A stretch of DNA of 64,000 nt from Candidatus Omnitrophota bacterium (GTDB lineage: Bacteria; Omnitrophota; Gorgyraeia; Zapsychrales; Zapsychraceae). The stretch is taken from positions 117-64,116 of the forward strand of contig JANQMA010000024.1 of the NCBI GenBank assembly GCA_028280285.1. Reading direction: 5' to 3'. Shown piece by piece: positions 43,848 to 54,700 of the stretch. Position numbers and translations under genes: made by a program. Under the pieces are notes generated by a model. The model searched no databases, had not been told where the DNA came from, and worked only from the letters and a program-made list of their open reading frames with translations. Position 1 is the first letter of the stretch. Each line of letters begins with the position of its first letter.

Positions 43848-45011
43848 ATGAGAGTAGAAATGATTAATCAAACCAGGTATTGGGCTTTGGCCCTTTTTTT
43901 AATATTAACCGTTATTGGCTGCGGTGAAAAAGAAGAACAAATGGCTATGCCACCGCTTCAAGTGCCTGTGTCTCATCCTGTACAGAAGAAGATTATCGAA
44001 TGGGATGAATACACCGGCCGGTTTCAAGCGACCGAACGGGTTGAGGTTCGTGCACGTGTAAGCGGGTATATTGATCAGGTGAATTTCGAAGACGGACAAA
44101 TGGTCGAAAAAGGAGATGTCCTTTTTATCATTGATCAACGTCCGTTTCAAATCGCGCACGATCAAGCCAATGCCGAGCTTAAACAAACCCAAGCCGAATT
44201 AAAACAAGCACAGAATGATTTTGAAAGATCCAAGCGTTTAAGAGAAAAGCTGGCCGTGTCCGAAGAAGAATTTGATCAAAGGCGACAAACTATGCGTGCG
44301 GTCACCGCGCGTGTCGAATCAGCGCAGGCAGCGGTTAATCAAGCCAAACTCAATCTTGAGTTTACAGAAGTAAAGTCACCTATCAACGGACGTGTCAGTC
44401 GTGATCTTGTTACACCCGGTAACTTAATCAGTGGTGGTGCATCGGATGCGACACTTTTAACGACGGTTGTTTCGTTAAGCCCGATTCATTTTTATTTCGA
44501 AGCCAGTGAAGCAGAACTGCTTAAATATATTCGTCTTGATAAAAGTGGTCAGCGAACCGCTTCACGTGAAGTGGCTAATCCTGTTTTTGTTAAGCTCCTT
44601 GATGAAGAAGGGTATGTGCATGAAGGAAAAATGGACTTTGTCGACAATGAAGTCGATTTAGGGACAGGGACCATGCAGGGACGAGCCATCTTTAGAAATG
44701 AAGACAGAGTTATTGAGCCCGGCATGTTTGGTCGTGCACGTCTGCTTGGTAGCGGCGAGTATGAAGCAATTCTCATTCCTGATGCCATTATCGGAACAGA
44801 TCAGTCTAATAAATTTGTTTATGTGGTTGGGAAGGACAATGCCGTTGAGCCGCGTATGGTCAAATTAGGACCATTACATGATGATAACTTACGCATTGTC
44901 CGCGAAGGTATCGGTGCCGAAGACCGGATAGTTTTTGGCAATATTCAAAAGGTCAGGCCTGGCGCGGTTGTTGAACCGGTTGCCCCTGAAACGATAGAAG
45001 AGACACCTTAA
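43848..45011 (+). CDS. RND efflux periplasmic adaptor (membrane fusion protein, HlyD family)
   Basis: Lipobox, coiled-coil hairpin and beta-barrel domain typical of AcrA-like MFPs. Confidence 0.8.
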   Translation: MRVEMINQTRYWALALFLILTVIGCGEKEEQMAMPPLQVPVSHPVQKKIIEWDEYTGRFQATERVEVRARVSGYIDQVNFEDGQMVEKGDVLFIIDQRPFQIAHDQANAELKQTQAELKQAQNDFERSKRLREKLAVSEEEFDQRRQTMRAVTARVESAQAAVNQAKLNLEFTEVKSPINGRVSRDLVTPGNLISGGASDATLLTTVVSLSPIHFYFEASEAELLKYIRLDKSGQRTASREVANPVFVKLLDEEGYVHEGKMDFVDNEVDLGTGTMQGRAIFRNEDRVIEPGMFGRARLLGSGEYEAILIPDAIIGTDQSNKFVYVVGKDNAVEPRMVKLGPLHDDNLRIVREGIGAEDRIVFGNIQKVRPGAVVEPVAPETIEETP

Positions 45012-45026
45012 GGAAAATAGACAGCT

Positions 45027-48000
45027 ATGAAACTAAGCCACTTTTTTATCAATAGACCGATTTTTGCAACGGTCATTTCTATTATTATCATCATTGTTGG
45101 AGGAATTTCTTATTTTGTTCTTCCGGTCACCGAATATCCTGAGGTTGCTCCACCAACCATTGAAGTAACAGCCACCTACCCCGGTGCAAGCGCTGAGATT
45201 GTCGCCGAGACAGTCACCACACCGCTTGAGCAAGAGATCAACGGTGTTGAGAACATGATGTATATGTTCTCGCAGTCAACCAATGATGGAAGCTCTTCCA
45301 TCCGTATCACATTTAAATTGGGAACGGATTTGGATGCCGCGCAAGTCCTTGTTCAAAATCGTGTGGCCATCGCCGAAGCGCGGTTGCCGGAGGAGGCCCG
45401 CCGTCTCGGGGTTGTCACGCAAAAGAGTTCTCCTAATTTAATGATGGTTGTTCATATGTATTCGCCGGACAATACCTATGATCAAACATATATTGCCAAC
45501 TATGTCACGCTTCAAATTAAAGATGTTTTGTCGCGTATTAAAGGTGTTGGGGCGATTCGTATGTTTGGCGCGAGTGAATATTCGATGCGTATTTGGCTTG
45601 ATCCGGACAGGATTGCGTCTCTTGATTTAACGGCCGATGAGGTTTTAGCCGCGCTTAGAAGTCAGAACATTCAAGTGGCCAGCGGTGTGTTAAATCAACC
45701 GCCTGTTGCACAACAACATGCCTTTGAGGTGAGTGTGCAAACGCAAGGGCGTCTGAAAGAGCCGGAAGAATTCGGCAACATTATTGTTAAATCAAGTAAC
45801 GGGCGTATTGTGCGCATCAAAGATATCGGTCGTGTTGAATTGGGTGCGCAGAGTTATGCCACGCTTGGTTATTTAGATGATAAAGCGGCCGTGGCCTTAC
45901 CGATTTTTCAACGTCCGGGAACTAATGCGATTGAAACATCTCATCAAATTAGAGAGGCGATGAAGGACCTTGAGCAGAGTTTTCCTAAGGGCCTTGCTTA
46001 CGATATTATTTATGATCCGACGGAATATGTCGAAGAATCCATTGTCGAAGTTATTCAAACAATTTTTAAAGCGGCACTTTTGATTGTTCTTGTGATTGTT
46101 GTTTTTCTTCAGTCGTTGCGGGCTGCGATCATTCCGATTAGTGCCATTCCGGTTTCTCTTATTGGAACCTTTGCGGTGATGGAGGTTTTTGGTTTCTCAC
46201 TTAACACATTGACGCTCTTCGGGCTTGTGCTTGCAATCGGGATTGTGGTCGATGATGCGATCGTTGTTGTGGAAAACATTGAACGTAACCTTGCTAAAGG
46301 AATGGCGCCAAAGGAGGCAGCTAAAAAATCAATGGATGAGGTTGGCGGGGCTATTATTGCAACGACGCTTGTTTTGGTTGCGGTATTTTTACCGACGATC
46401 TTTATGGAGGGCATCGCAGGACAGTTTTATCGTCAATTCGGTATAACAATTACGGTGGCGACCATTATGTCTTCGGTCTCCGCCTTGACTTTTGCCCCGG
46501 CGATGGCTTCTTTGTTACTTAAGCCTAAATCATCGGATGATTGTCCGGAGCAATGTGCATGGTGGATGAAGCCGGTTAAATTATTTTTTGATTGGTTTAA
46601 TCGCGGTATGAACTTTATTACACCGAAGTATGCGTCTTTTATCGGCAAGTTGTTAAGAAAGGCCGTGATTGTTCTTGTTATTTATTTCGGTTTGATTGCT
46701 TTAACCGCCTTTCAATTTGCCCGCGTACCGACCGGGTTTATTCCGGCCCAAGACAAAGGATACTTTATCGTCGCGATTCAATTGCCTGCCGGTGCGTCAC
46801 TGTCCAGAACCGATGCGGTTGTGCAGGAAGCAACACAGAAGCTGTTAAGTATCGATGGCGTCGTGCATACGGCTGGGTTTACCGGGTTTGATGGGGCGAG
46901 TTTTACTAATGCATCAAATGGAGGAGCGATCTTTCCTGTTTTAGCCCCATTTGAGGAGCGCGCTAAAAAAGGCATAACCCATCAAGGTATTTTAGATGAG
47001 ATGCGCGCGCAAATGGCGTCCATTGAAGAAGCGTTTATTGTGGTCATTCCGCCGCCATCGGTAAGAGGAATGGGAAATGCCGGCGGATTCCGTATGATGA
47101 TTCAGGATCGTCGGGGGCGGGGCGTGCATGCGCTTAAAAATGCCACCTATGACATGATGTTTGCGGCCGGAGGCGAACCGGCGGTAAGAAACGTCTTTAC
47201 TTTTTTCAGTACCGATACACCGCAGCTTTATTTTGATATTAACCGCCAGCGTGCTGAACGTTTAGGCGTTCCTGTCTCCGATGTTTTTAGTGCTATGGAG
47301 CTTTATCTGGGCTCTGCGTTTGTGAATGATTTTAATTATTTAGGAAGAACGTTTCGCGTTACCGCGCAGGCTGACGCGCCCTACCGTCTAACATCCGAAG
47401 ATATTGTGCGCATACGCGTGCGTAATGATGAAGGCGAGATGGTGCCGCTCGGGTCACTCGGAACGTTTAGAGATATATCCGGTCCGGCGCGGGTTCCGCG
47501 TTATAATTTGTACCCGGCCGCATCACTCCTCGGTAATGCCGCTCCCGGTTATAGTTCAGGTGAGGCTTTAGCCACGATGGAACGGTTGGCGGATGAAGTT
47601 TTGCCGAATGGATTTTCGTATGAATGGACCGAGCTTGCCTATGAACAAAAACAAACGAAAAATACAGGTGCCATTGCTTTTGCCTTAGCGGTTTTATTTG
47701 TTTTTCTTCTGCTTGCCGCTCAATATGAAAGTTGGATGCTGCCTTTATCAATTATTCTTATTGTTCCGATGTCGCTTTTGCCGGCGATGTTGGGAGTCTC
47801 GTTTGCTGGTCAGGATAATAATATTTTAACGCAAATTGGTTTGGTTGTTTTGATTGCCCTTGCGAGCAAAAATGCTATTCTTATCGTCGAGTTTGCCAAA
47901 CAGTTGGAAGATCAAGGCAAAGACAGATGGGCGGCGGCGATTGAGGCATCGCGTTTGCGGTTAAGGCCGATACTTATGACATCATTTTCTTTTATTTTTG

Positions 48001-48167
48001 GTGTGATTCCTTTGGTCATTGCCACTGGGGCTGGCGCCGAGATGCGGCGGGTGCTGGGGACAGTTGTTTTTAGCGGGATGTTAGGTGTGACGTTCTTCGG
48101 ACTTTTTCTGACACCTGTTTTTTATATTTTATGCCGGAAGTTGACGGAGGTGTTTAGAATTAAATAG
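45027..48167 (+). CDS. RND efflux transporter permease (AcrB/HAE1 family)
   Basis: 1046 aa, 12 TM with two large periplasmic loops. AcrB-type motifs such as GLVLAIGIVVDDAIVVVENIER. Confidence 0.9.
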   Translation: MKLSHFFINRPIFATVISIIIIIVGGISYFVLPVTEYPEVAPPTIEVTATYPGASAEIVAETVTTPLEQEINGVENMMYMFSQSTNDGSSSIRITFKLGTDLDAAQVLVQNRVAIAEARLPEEARRLGVVTQKSSPNLMMVVHMYSPDNTYDQTYIANYVTLQIKDVLSRIKGVGAIRMFGASEYSMRIWLDPDRIASLDLTADEVLAALRSQNIQVASGVLNQPPVAQQHAFEVSVQTQGRLKEPEEFGNIIVKSSNGRIVRIKDIGRVELGAQSYATLGYLDDKAAVALPIFQRPGTNAIETSHQIREAMKDLEQSFPKGLAYDIIYDPTEYVEESIVEVIQTIFKAALLIVLVIVVFLQSLRAAIIPISAIPVSLIGTFAVMEVFGFSLNTLTLFGLVLAIGIVVDDAIVVVENIERNLAKGMAPKEAAKKSMDEVGGAIIATTLVLVAVFLPTIFMEGIAGQFYRQFGITITVATIMSSVSALTFAPAMASLLLKPKSSDDCPEQCAWWMKPVKLFFDWFNRGMNFITPKYASFIGKLLRKAVIVLVIYFGLIALTAFQFARVPTGFIPAQDKGYFIVAIQLPAGASLSRTDAVVQEATQKLLSIDGVVHTAGFTGFDGASFTNASNGGAIFPVLAPFEERAKKGITHQGILDEMRAQMASIEEAFIVVIPPPSVRGMGNAGGFRMMIQDRRGRGVHALKNATYDMMFAAGGEPAVRNVFTFFSTDTPQLYFDINRQRAERLGVPVSDVFSAMELYLGSAFVNDFNYLGRTFRVTAQADAPYRLTSEDIVRIRVRNDEGEMVPLGSLGTFRDISGPARVPRYNLYPAASLLGNAAPGYSSGEALATMERLADEVLPNGFSYEWTELAYEQKQTKNTGAIAFALAVLFVFLLLAAQYESWMLPLSIILIVPMSLLPAMLGVSFAGQDNNILTQIGLVVLIALASKNAILIVEFAKQLEDQGKDRWAAAIEASRLRLRPILMTSFSFIFGVIPLVIATGAGAEMRRVLGTVVFSGMLGVTFFGLFLTPVFYILCRKLTEVFRIK

Positions 48168-48170
48168 TAG

Positions 48171-48257
48171 GGGCGACCCTTGTGGTCGCCCTATAAAAAT
48201 TAGTGCTAGCACTAATTTTTAAGCGATATTTTAGGGCGGGGTCAAGCCCCGCCCCTA
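48171..48257 (+). terminator. Three consecutive perfect or near-perfect hairpins between the RND pump and the OMF genes (GGGCGACC-cttgt-GGTCGCCC; AAATTAGTGCTAGCACTAATTT; TAGGGCGGGG-tcaa-GCCCCGCCC)
   Basis: Read from the sequence. The middle hairpin is a variant of the REP family 1 palindrome and is followed by a T-run. Confidence 0.5.
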
Positions 48258-48300
48258 CAATATTTTTATTATGTTATTAAATGATAATCAAGGAAACACA

Positions 48301-49725
48301 ATGAACATACAATTTATAAAACTGGCAATGCTGTTGCCGATGATTTTTGTTTTATCATCATGCGCATCACTTGAAAAATTAGCAGGACCGCCAAAGCCGT
48401 CGGTTGAGGCAACTAGTTTTACAAAGGGTACGACTGAACGTTTCAATGCGGCACAACCTGTTGCCGAATGGTGGAAGCAATTAAATGATCCGCAATTGAC
48501 GATTTTAATACAGGAAGCGGTTGACCATAACCTGGATGTCAAGATTGCCATAGCCAATGTCCAGAAGGCGCGTGCTTTATTAAGAGCAACAGGCGCTGAT
48601 AGCTTTCCGACGGTTGACACAAATGTTTCTTACGCGCGGGAAAGATTAAGCGAAGAAGGGATTACCGGAAGACCCGCCGACCGCACGGTTAACAATTATG
48701 AAGCGGGGTTTGACGCGTTTTGGGAATTGGATGTATTCGGCCGGGTCAGTGAGCGTATCGCGCGGGAAAAGGCCGCTGCCGAGGAATCTCTGGCTGAGCT
48801 TAGATCCGTTTATGTGATTGTGACGGCTGAAGTGGCGCGGACTTATATTGAACTGCGCGGGGCGCAGTACAGACTTAATATTGCCAATCGCAATGAAGCC
48901 AATCAAGAAAAGACGTATAACCTTATCCAAGAAATGGCTGAAGGCGGGCGCAGCACCAATCTTGACATTGCCCGGGCGCAGACACTGTTGGAGCAGACGC
49001 GCTCGACCATTCCGCCTTTGGAGGCAGAAGTTTCTTCCCATATTCATCGTTTAGGTGTCCTTACAGGACAAACACCGGACGCCTTGGATCGCGAGCTTAA
49101 GAGTGTTAAGCCGCTTCCGAGTGTTCCATCGACAGTGGCCATTGGTGATCCGCAGAGTTTACTCAGCCGCCGGCCTGATATCCGCCGGGCAGAACAGCAG
49201 GTTGAGCAAGCCATTGCTTCGTATAATTTGGCCGTTGCGGATTTATATCCTGAGATCAGTATTTCCGGTGCCTTGGGTTTTGCCTCAGCATCGTTTGGTG
49301 ATTGGGCTTCGGCAGGCGCCTTTAATACGTCCATCGGGCCGACAATGAGTTGGCGTATATTGGACCGCGTGCGTGTGCGTGCTGAAATTGATCAGGCGGG
49401 CGGCGAAACCAAAGCCCGGATTGCTTCTTTTGATAAAACTATCCTTGAAGCGCTTGAAGAAGTGGAGACGGCGCTTGTCAATTTCACCAAAGAAGAGGCC
49501 CGCCGGCAAAGTCTGATCCAGGCAGCAAGTTCCAGTGCAACGGCGGCAGAGCTTGCCAAAGTCCGTTTCGAAGAAGGCATGGACAGCTTTTTGGATGTCT
49601 TGGATGCCGAGCGGACTCAACTTGAGGCCGAGGATGCCTTAGCGCAAGGCGAGACCCAGACGGCACTCAATCTAATTGCTATCTACAAAGCGCTCGGCGG
49701 CGGCTGGCAGATTATAAATAAATAG
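48301..49725 (+). CDS. RND efflux outer-membrane factor lipoprotein (TolC/NodT family)
   Basis: Lipobox VLSSCAS and two TolC repeats. SD AAGGAAacacaATG. The stop TAG lies inside the REP palindrome. Confidence 0.8.
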   Translation: MNIQFIKLAMLLPMIFVLSSCASLEKLAGPPKPSVEATSFTKGTTERFNAAQPVAEWWKQLNDPQLTILIQEAVDHNLDVKIAIANVQKARALLRATGADSFPTVDTNVSYARERLSEEGITGRPADRTVNNYEAGFDAFWELDVFGRVSERIAREKAAAEESLAELRSVYVIVTAEVARTYIELRGAQYRLNIANRNEANQEKTYNLIQEMAEGGRSTNLDIARAQTLLEQTRSTIPPLEAEVSSHIHRLGVLTGQTPDALDRELKSVKPLPSVPSTVAIGDPQSLLSRRPDIRRAEQQVEQAIASYNLAVADLYPEISISGALGFASASFGDWASAGAFNTSIGPTMSWRILDRVRVRAEIDQAGGETKARIASFDKTILEALEEVETALVNFTKEEARRQSLIQAASSSATAAELAKVRFEEGMDSFLDVLDAERTQLEAEDALAQGETQTALNLIAIYKALGGGWQIINK

Positions 49726-49744
49726 TACCTGGCACTATTTATTT
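49716..49744. repeat. REP family 1 palindrome (AAATAAATAGTACCtGGCACTATTTATTT) overlapping the stop codon of the OMF gene
   Basis: 14-bp arms with one mismatch. Confidence 0.65.
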
Positions 49745-49844
49745 AAAAAGTATCTGTTACTATTTAAACCTTAAGTTATAATATATCAATATTATAGGAA
49801 ATTTTCCTGTCATCCGCCGTTTAATAACTAACAGGAGAAAATAG

Positions 49845-50741
49845 ATGAAAAAATTAAAGGTCCTCTTCGTTGTTTCTTTTTTTCTAATTTCAATCGTTTC
49901 CCCACTTCATGCTCAAAAACAAAACCAACCTCTGCGTTTAGCGATGTCCGCCGCCTTTGTTTCTGAAAACGGTGTCAATGTCTACCAAAAAATTGTTGAT
50001 TATATTGGTCAGCGTCTGGATGCGCCAACGAAATTTGTCACGGGTTTGGCCTATTCAACGATTAATGAAATGCTTAAAGAAGGTGTGGTAGCGTCCGGAT
50101 TTGTCTGTGGCCTGCCTTATATCTTGGCGCATGATAAGGATCGGCCGGAAGTTCATCTGATTGCCGCCCCTGTCATGAAGGCCGAGCGTTACCAGGGCAA
50201 GCCTATTTACTTTTCGGATATTATTGTTCGTAAAGACAGTCCGTACCAGTCCTTTGCTGATCTTAAGGGCAAAACATTTGTCTATAATGAAGAGATTTCC
50301 AACTCTGGGTACAATATGCCGCGGTACTACTTAGTTAAAAACGGACTAGCGGGTGGTTACTTTGAAAATGTTCTAAGGTCCGGCTCTCATGAGGAATCGA
50401 TCCGTATGGTCGCCGAAGGCGCGGCGGATGTGAGTTTTGTCGATAGTCTTGTCATTGATTTTGACCGGGAAATGGGCTACGGCTATGCCGATCAGGTACG
50501 TGTCATTGAATCTGTCGGCCCGGCAGGCATTCCTCCGGTTGTCATTTCTTCTCAAGCTCCGCAGGAATTACGCGATAAACTTCAAAACATTTTAATCAAT
50601 ATGCATAAAGACGAACAAGGTCGGGCCATTTTGGATCAGGCGCTTGTTGATCGGTTTGTTGTCGTTTCCGACACTAATTATGACAATATACGTCATTTTA
50701 AGCAAACAGCCGAGACGGCAGGGTACCTTATCATTCAATGA
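49845..50741 (+). CDS. Periplasmic substrate-binding protein, PhnD/SsuA-like (phosphonate-ABC-type SBP fold)
   Basis: Signal peptide and a PhnD-like fold motif pattern. No ABC permease or ATPase genes are adjacent; a histidine kinase follows instead. Confidence 0.6.
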   Translation: MKKLKVLFVVSFFLISIVSPLHAQKQNQPLRLAMSAAFVSENGVNVYQKIVDYIGQRLDAPTKFVTGLAYSTINEMLKEGVVASGFVCGLPYILAHDKDRPEVHLIAAPVMKAERYQGKPIYFSDIIVRKDSPYQSFADLKGKTFVYNEEISNSGYNMPRYYLVKNGLAGGYFENVLRSGSHEESIRMVAEGAADVSFVDSLVIDFDREMGYGYADQVRVIESVGPAGIPPVVISSQAPQELRDKLQNILINMHKDEQGRAILDQALVDRFVVVSDTNYDNIRHFKQTAETAGYLIIQ

Positions 50742-51775
50742 AAGCAACCGAACCTAAAAATATCAAACGCCAGCTTATTATGACTTTTGCTGGCTTGTTA
50801 TTTATTATTTTTATTCTCCAGGTTGTTATGCTTTTTACGGTTAATACGGTTGAAAAGTTTAATGTGACAAGCCGCGGCACCTTGTTTTTGCTCAAAGAAC
50901 AAACTCTGCAAATTCAACAGTTTGAACGGGCCACCTATCATGCTGTCGCTGCTTTAGCCATGTCCGACTGGAGCAGGCTTTTAAATCAAAGAGAAGAGAG
51001 TGAAGAAATCATTGAAGCGATTGAACATAGTTTTGATATTTTAATGGATGAGCATGATCATGAAACTGAAGGGCATGATCATTATAAAAATTTAGAAATG
51101 ATCGAAGATGAAGAGTTAATAAAAAAAATACAACGAAACAGACTTATTTGGCGTGAGTTAAAAAGAACGGCGGTCGTAATTCTTCGCTCGTCCAATTGGG
51201 AGATCAAGGGCAATATGTCTTTATTAAAATTTCAAAAGAATGCAGAAGAATTAAAAAAAGCCCAGGCAGAGATTTTATATGAATGGTCTAAAATTGTTGA
51301 CAGCCAAATGGATCGGTTAAGAACGGTGCAGTTTTATATCCTATTTTTTGTGTTTGTCTTTATTTTTCTTATGGCCGGTTTCGTGCACCGGAAAACGATT
51401 ATTCCGCTTGATGATTCGATTAAACATTTAAATCAAAGTCGGCATGAGCTTACGGAACGTAACGAGGAATTAAATAATTTGTTAGATCAGTTAAGAACTA
51501 ATGAAGCCAAGCTGCAAGAAAGCAATAAGCAGATGACTGCTAATGAGCAGCAATTAAAAAAGGCAAATCAGGAGCTCAAAGCCAATGAAGCAAAGTTAAT
51601 TGCAACTAATAAAGAAATGGAACTTTTTTATGATGCGGCGGTCGACCGGGAGAAAAAGATTATTGAGCTTAAGCAGGAGGCTAATAGTTTATTTAAAGAG
51701 CTTGGACGGTCTGAACCTTATGATTTAAGTTTCTTATCAGATGAAGTGGATGAATTAGATGAAAATCAGACATAA
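50738..51775 (+). CDS. Two-TM membrane protein with a periplasmic domain and a cytoplasmic coiled-coil. Possible accessory sensor module
   Basis: TM1 at aa 15-35, TM2 at about aa 190-212, then heptad-rich NEAKLQESNKQMTANEQQLKKANQELKANEAKL. Confidence 0.45.
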   Translation: MKATEPKNIKRQLIMTFAGLLFIIFILQVVMLFTVNTVEKFNVTSRGTLFLLKEQTLQIQQFERATYHAVAALAMSDWSRLLNQREESEEIIEAIEHSFDILMDEHDHETEGHDHYKNLEMIEDEELIKKIQRNRLIWRELKRTAVVILRSSNWEIKGNMSLLKFQKNAEELKKAQAEILYEWSKIVDSQMDRLRTVQFYILFFVFVFIFLMAGFVHRKTIIPLDDSIKHLNQSRHELTERNEELNNLLDQLRTNEAKLQESNKQMTANEQQLKKANQELKANEAKLIATNKEMELFYDAAVDREKKIIELKQEANSLFKELGRSEPYDLSFLSDEVDELDENQT

Positions 51776-54700
51776 ATTAATTATTGGATTTTTGATTATC
51801 GGTATTTTTCTGTTTTTTTCGGGGTACTTTGCCTTCGAGCGGACAGAAAATTTTTTACTCGATTCCATTGGCAACGATCTTGAGGTTTTTGCCCATGAAA
51901 CCATGAAAAGCATTGACCGTTCGGTGTATCATCGTATTGAAGATTTTCAAGTTTATACGAGTGAGCTGGTTTTACAAAAAGCAGTTAGACAGTCAAATCA
52001 GATATTTGCACCCATGGACGATGCTCAGGACTTTATTGATCAAAAAGAACAGGAGTGGCGCTCTTACGGCCAAGATGAAGTGTCACCTTTTATGCAGACA
52101 TTAATTGATAATGAGTTGTCGGAAGAGTTACGCCAGAAAATAAAATCTTATAACAAGCGTTATGCTTACCCTTTGTTTGGAGAAATTTTTATCACAAACA
52201 AATTCGGTGCCAATATTGCTTTAACAAGTAAGACAACGGATTACCGTCAGGATGATGAACAGTGGTGGCAAAAGGCCAAAGAAGAGGGGCTTTTTATTTC
52301 ACAGGTTGAATATGACAACAGTGCTGATATGTACTCCATTGAAGTTTGTGTGCGTATTGATGATACCCAAGGAAATTTTCTGGGTATTATGAAGGCTGTT
52401 TTAAACGTCCAGTATGTTTTTGAAATATTGGAAGACATTGCAGAGGAAGTCAATAATGAAAAGCTGCATGGCGTAACATTAGATTTAAAGCTCATTGATC
52501 AGGATCTTAAGTATATCTACTCCACCGAAGAACCGTATCAGTTTGGAGATAAGGTAGCGGATGAATTTATACTTATCCTTAAAAATGTTACTGTTCAAGA
52601 GGATACGCATTGGACGGCAGAGGGTGATGCGGAAGATGAAGATGAGGAGTTACTCGCTGCCGTTAAGTCATATGGTTTTAAAGATTATAAAGGGCTTGGC
52701 TGGATTTTAATCGTAGAAAATGAAAAGAGGGCTTTGTGGGAGCCTATCAAGCGGTTGGAATATTTTTTGGTGACTTTATTAATATTATTAATGGCGACTG
52801 TATTTTTTGCCGGGCTTTTTCTTTACCGATCAATTGCAACACCTTTAGCGCAATTGGTGGATGCCGCATTTAGAATCGGACGGGGTGATGTCAGCGCCCG
52901 TGTTACTGTCCGATCAAATGATGAAATCGGTCAGTTGGCCAATTCTTTTAATGAAATGGCGCAAGGGCTTGAGAAAACCACAACATCTGTCGACAGGTTG
53001 AATGAGGAAATTACCCAAAGGAAAAAAACAGAGGCGGATTTAGCTGAAATTGCTAGGATCCCAGCGGAGAATCCTAATCCAATTATGCGTATTTCTAAAG
53101 ATGGTATTTTATTGTACGCCAATGGCGCAGGACATGCTCTTTTAGATATGTGGTCTTCTCAAATCGGTGAAATGGCTTTTGGGGATGTACAGGTGTTGGC
53201 CTATGAGACATTTGCGGAGAACCGGACGCGGAATATTGAATTTAAAGCGGCGGATAAAGTGTATATGTTTTATGTAGTACCTTTGGCTGAATATGGTTAT
53301 GTAGCTATGTATGCGATAGATATTACGGATCAAAAGAGTGTTGAAAAAGAGTTGGTTCAAAGTTCCGGAAAATTGCATGGGGCGCATCTGGCAACGCTGA
53401 GTATTGTTCAGGACTTAAAAGAGGAAAAGAGTCTGGCCGAGAGATTGAAGGATGAAGCCCAGTCGGCCGCTAAAGCGAAAAGCAATTTTTTAGCCAACAT
53501 GTCGCATGAAATCCGTACACCGATGAACTCCATTCTGGGATTTAGCGATTTGCTCAGGAAAACCAAACTGGATGAAAAACAAGAAGGTTATCTTAAGATG
53601 GTCGAATCAAGCGGGAAACTGCTGATCGGTATTATTGATGATATTCTGGATGTTTCCAAGCTTGAGTCCGGCAAAATCAAACTAGAGACAGTTGATTTTA
53701 ATTTAGAAGATTTGATTCACGAAGTTTTTGCCATGATTGTTACACGAATGAAAGATAAACCTTTCGATACTTATGTGGATATTGATGATGATGTCCCGGT
53801 CAATGTTCAGGGTGATCCGACGCGATTTAAACAAATTCTTGTTAACTTATTGGGTAATGCGGTTAAGTTTACACAAGAAGGCAGTATTGGTGTTGAAGTT
53901 AGCTTGGATGCAAGGCAAAAATCTCAGGATTCATCTACAGTAAACCTTTTAGTTAAAGTTAAGGATACGGGCATCGGTATCCCGAAAGATAAGACAGAAC
54001 TTATTTTTGATGCCTTCAGCCAGGCGGATGAGTCTACCACACGGCAATTTGGCGGAACAGGTTTAGGCCTTGCGATCTGTAAATCCCTCGTCGAAGCAAT
54101 GGACGGTAAGATATGGATTGAATCAGAAGAGGGTAAAGGCAGTACGTTCTTGTTTACGGCAAGTCTTAAAGTTAATGATGCCGCTAAATCAGATAAGACG
54201 GATTTGTCAATTAAGGCCTTAGAAGGCATGACTGTTTTTATTGTTGATGATAACAAAATAGCACGCAAAGTGATGCACAAATGTTGTGATACAATGGGCC
54301 TAAAAATATTTGGTGAGGCAGATTCGCCTCAATCGGCATTGCATAAGCTGGATAATCTTGCCGAGGGGCGGGGGATTATTCCTGATTTTATCTTGTGTGA
54401 TATTATTATGGAAGGTATGGATGGTTTTGAACTCGCTCAAAAAATTAAAGAGAATAAAGAATATAAACATACAAAATTTATTGCGGTGACAGCCGACCTG
54501 GAGGCAGAATCGTCAGAAGAAGCTGAGGCTAAGGTTTTTGATGCCTTTGTCAACAAGCCGGTGAATGTCAAAGAAATGAGTAAAGTTATAACAGGCTTGA
54601 TGGGGAAAAAGGAAGACAATCAAGAAAAAGAGGAAAAAGGTAATACGCATGATACCGGTATTAAAGTATTGGTTGCCGAAGATTCAATATCCAATCAGGA

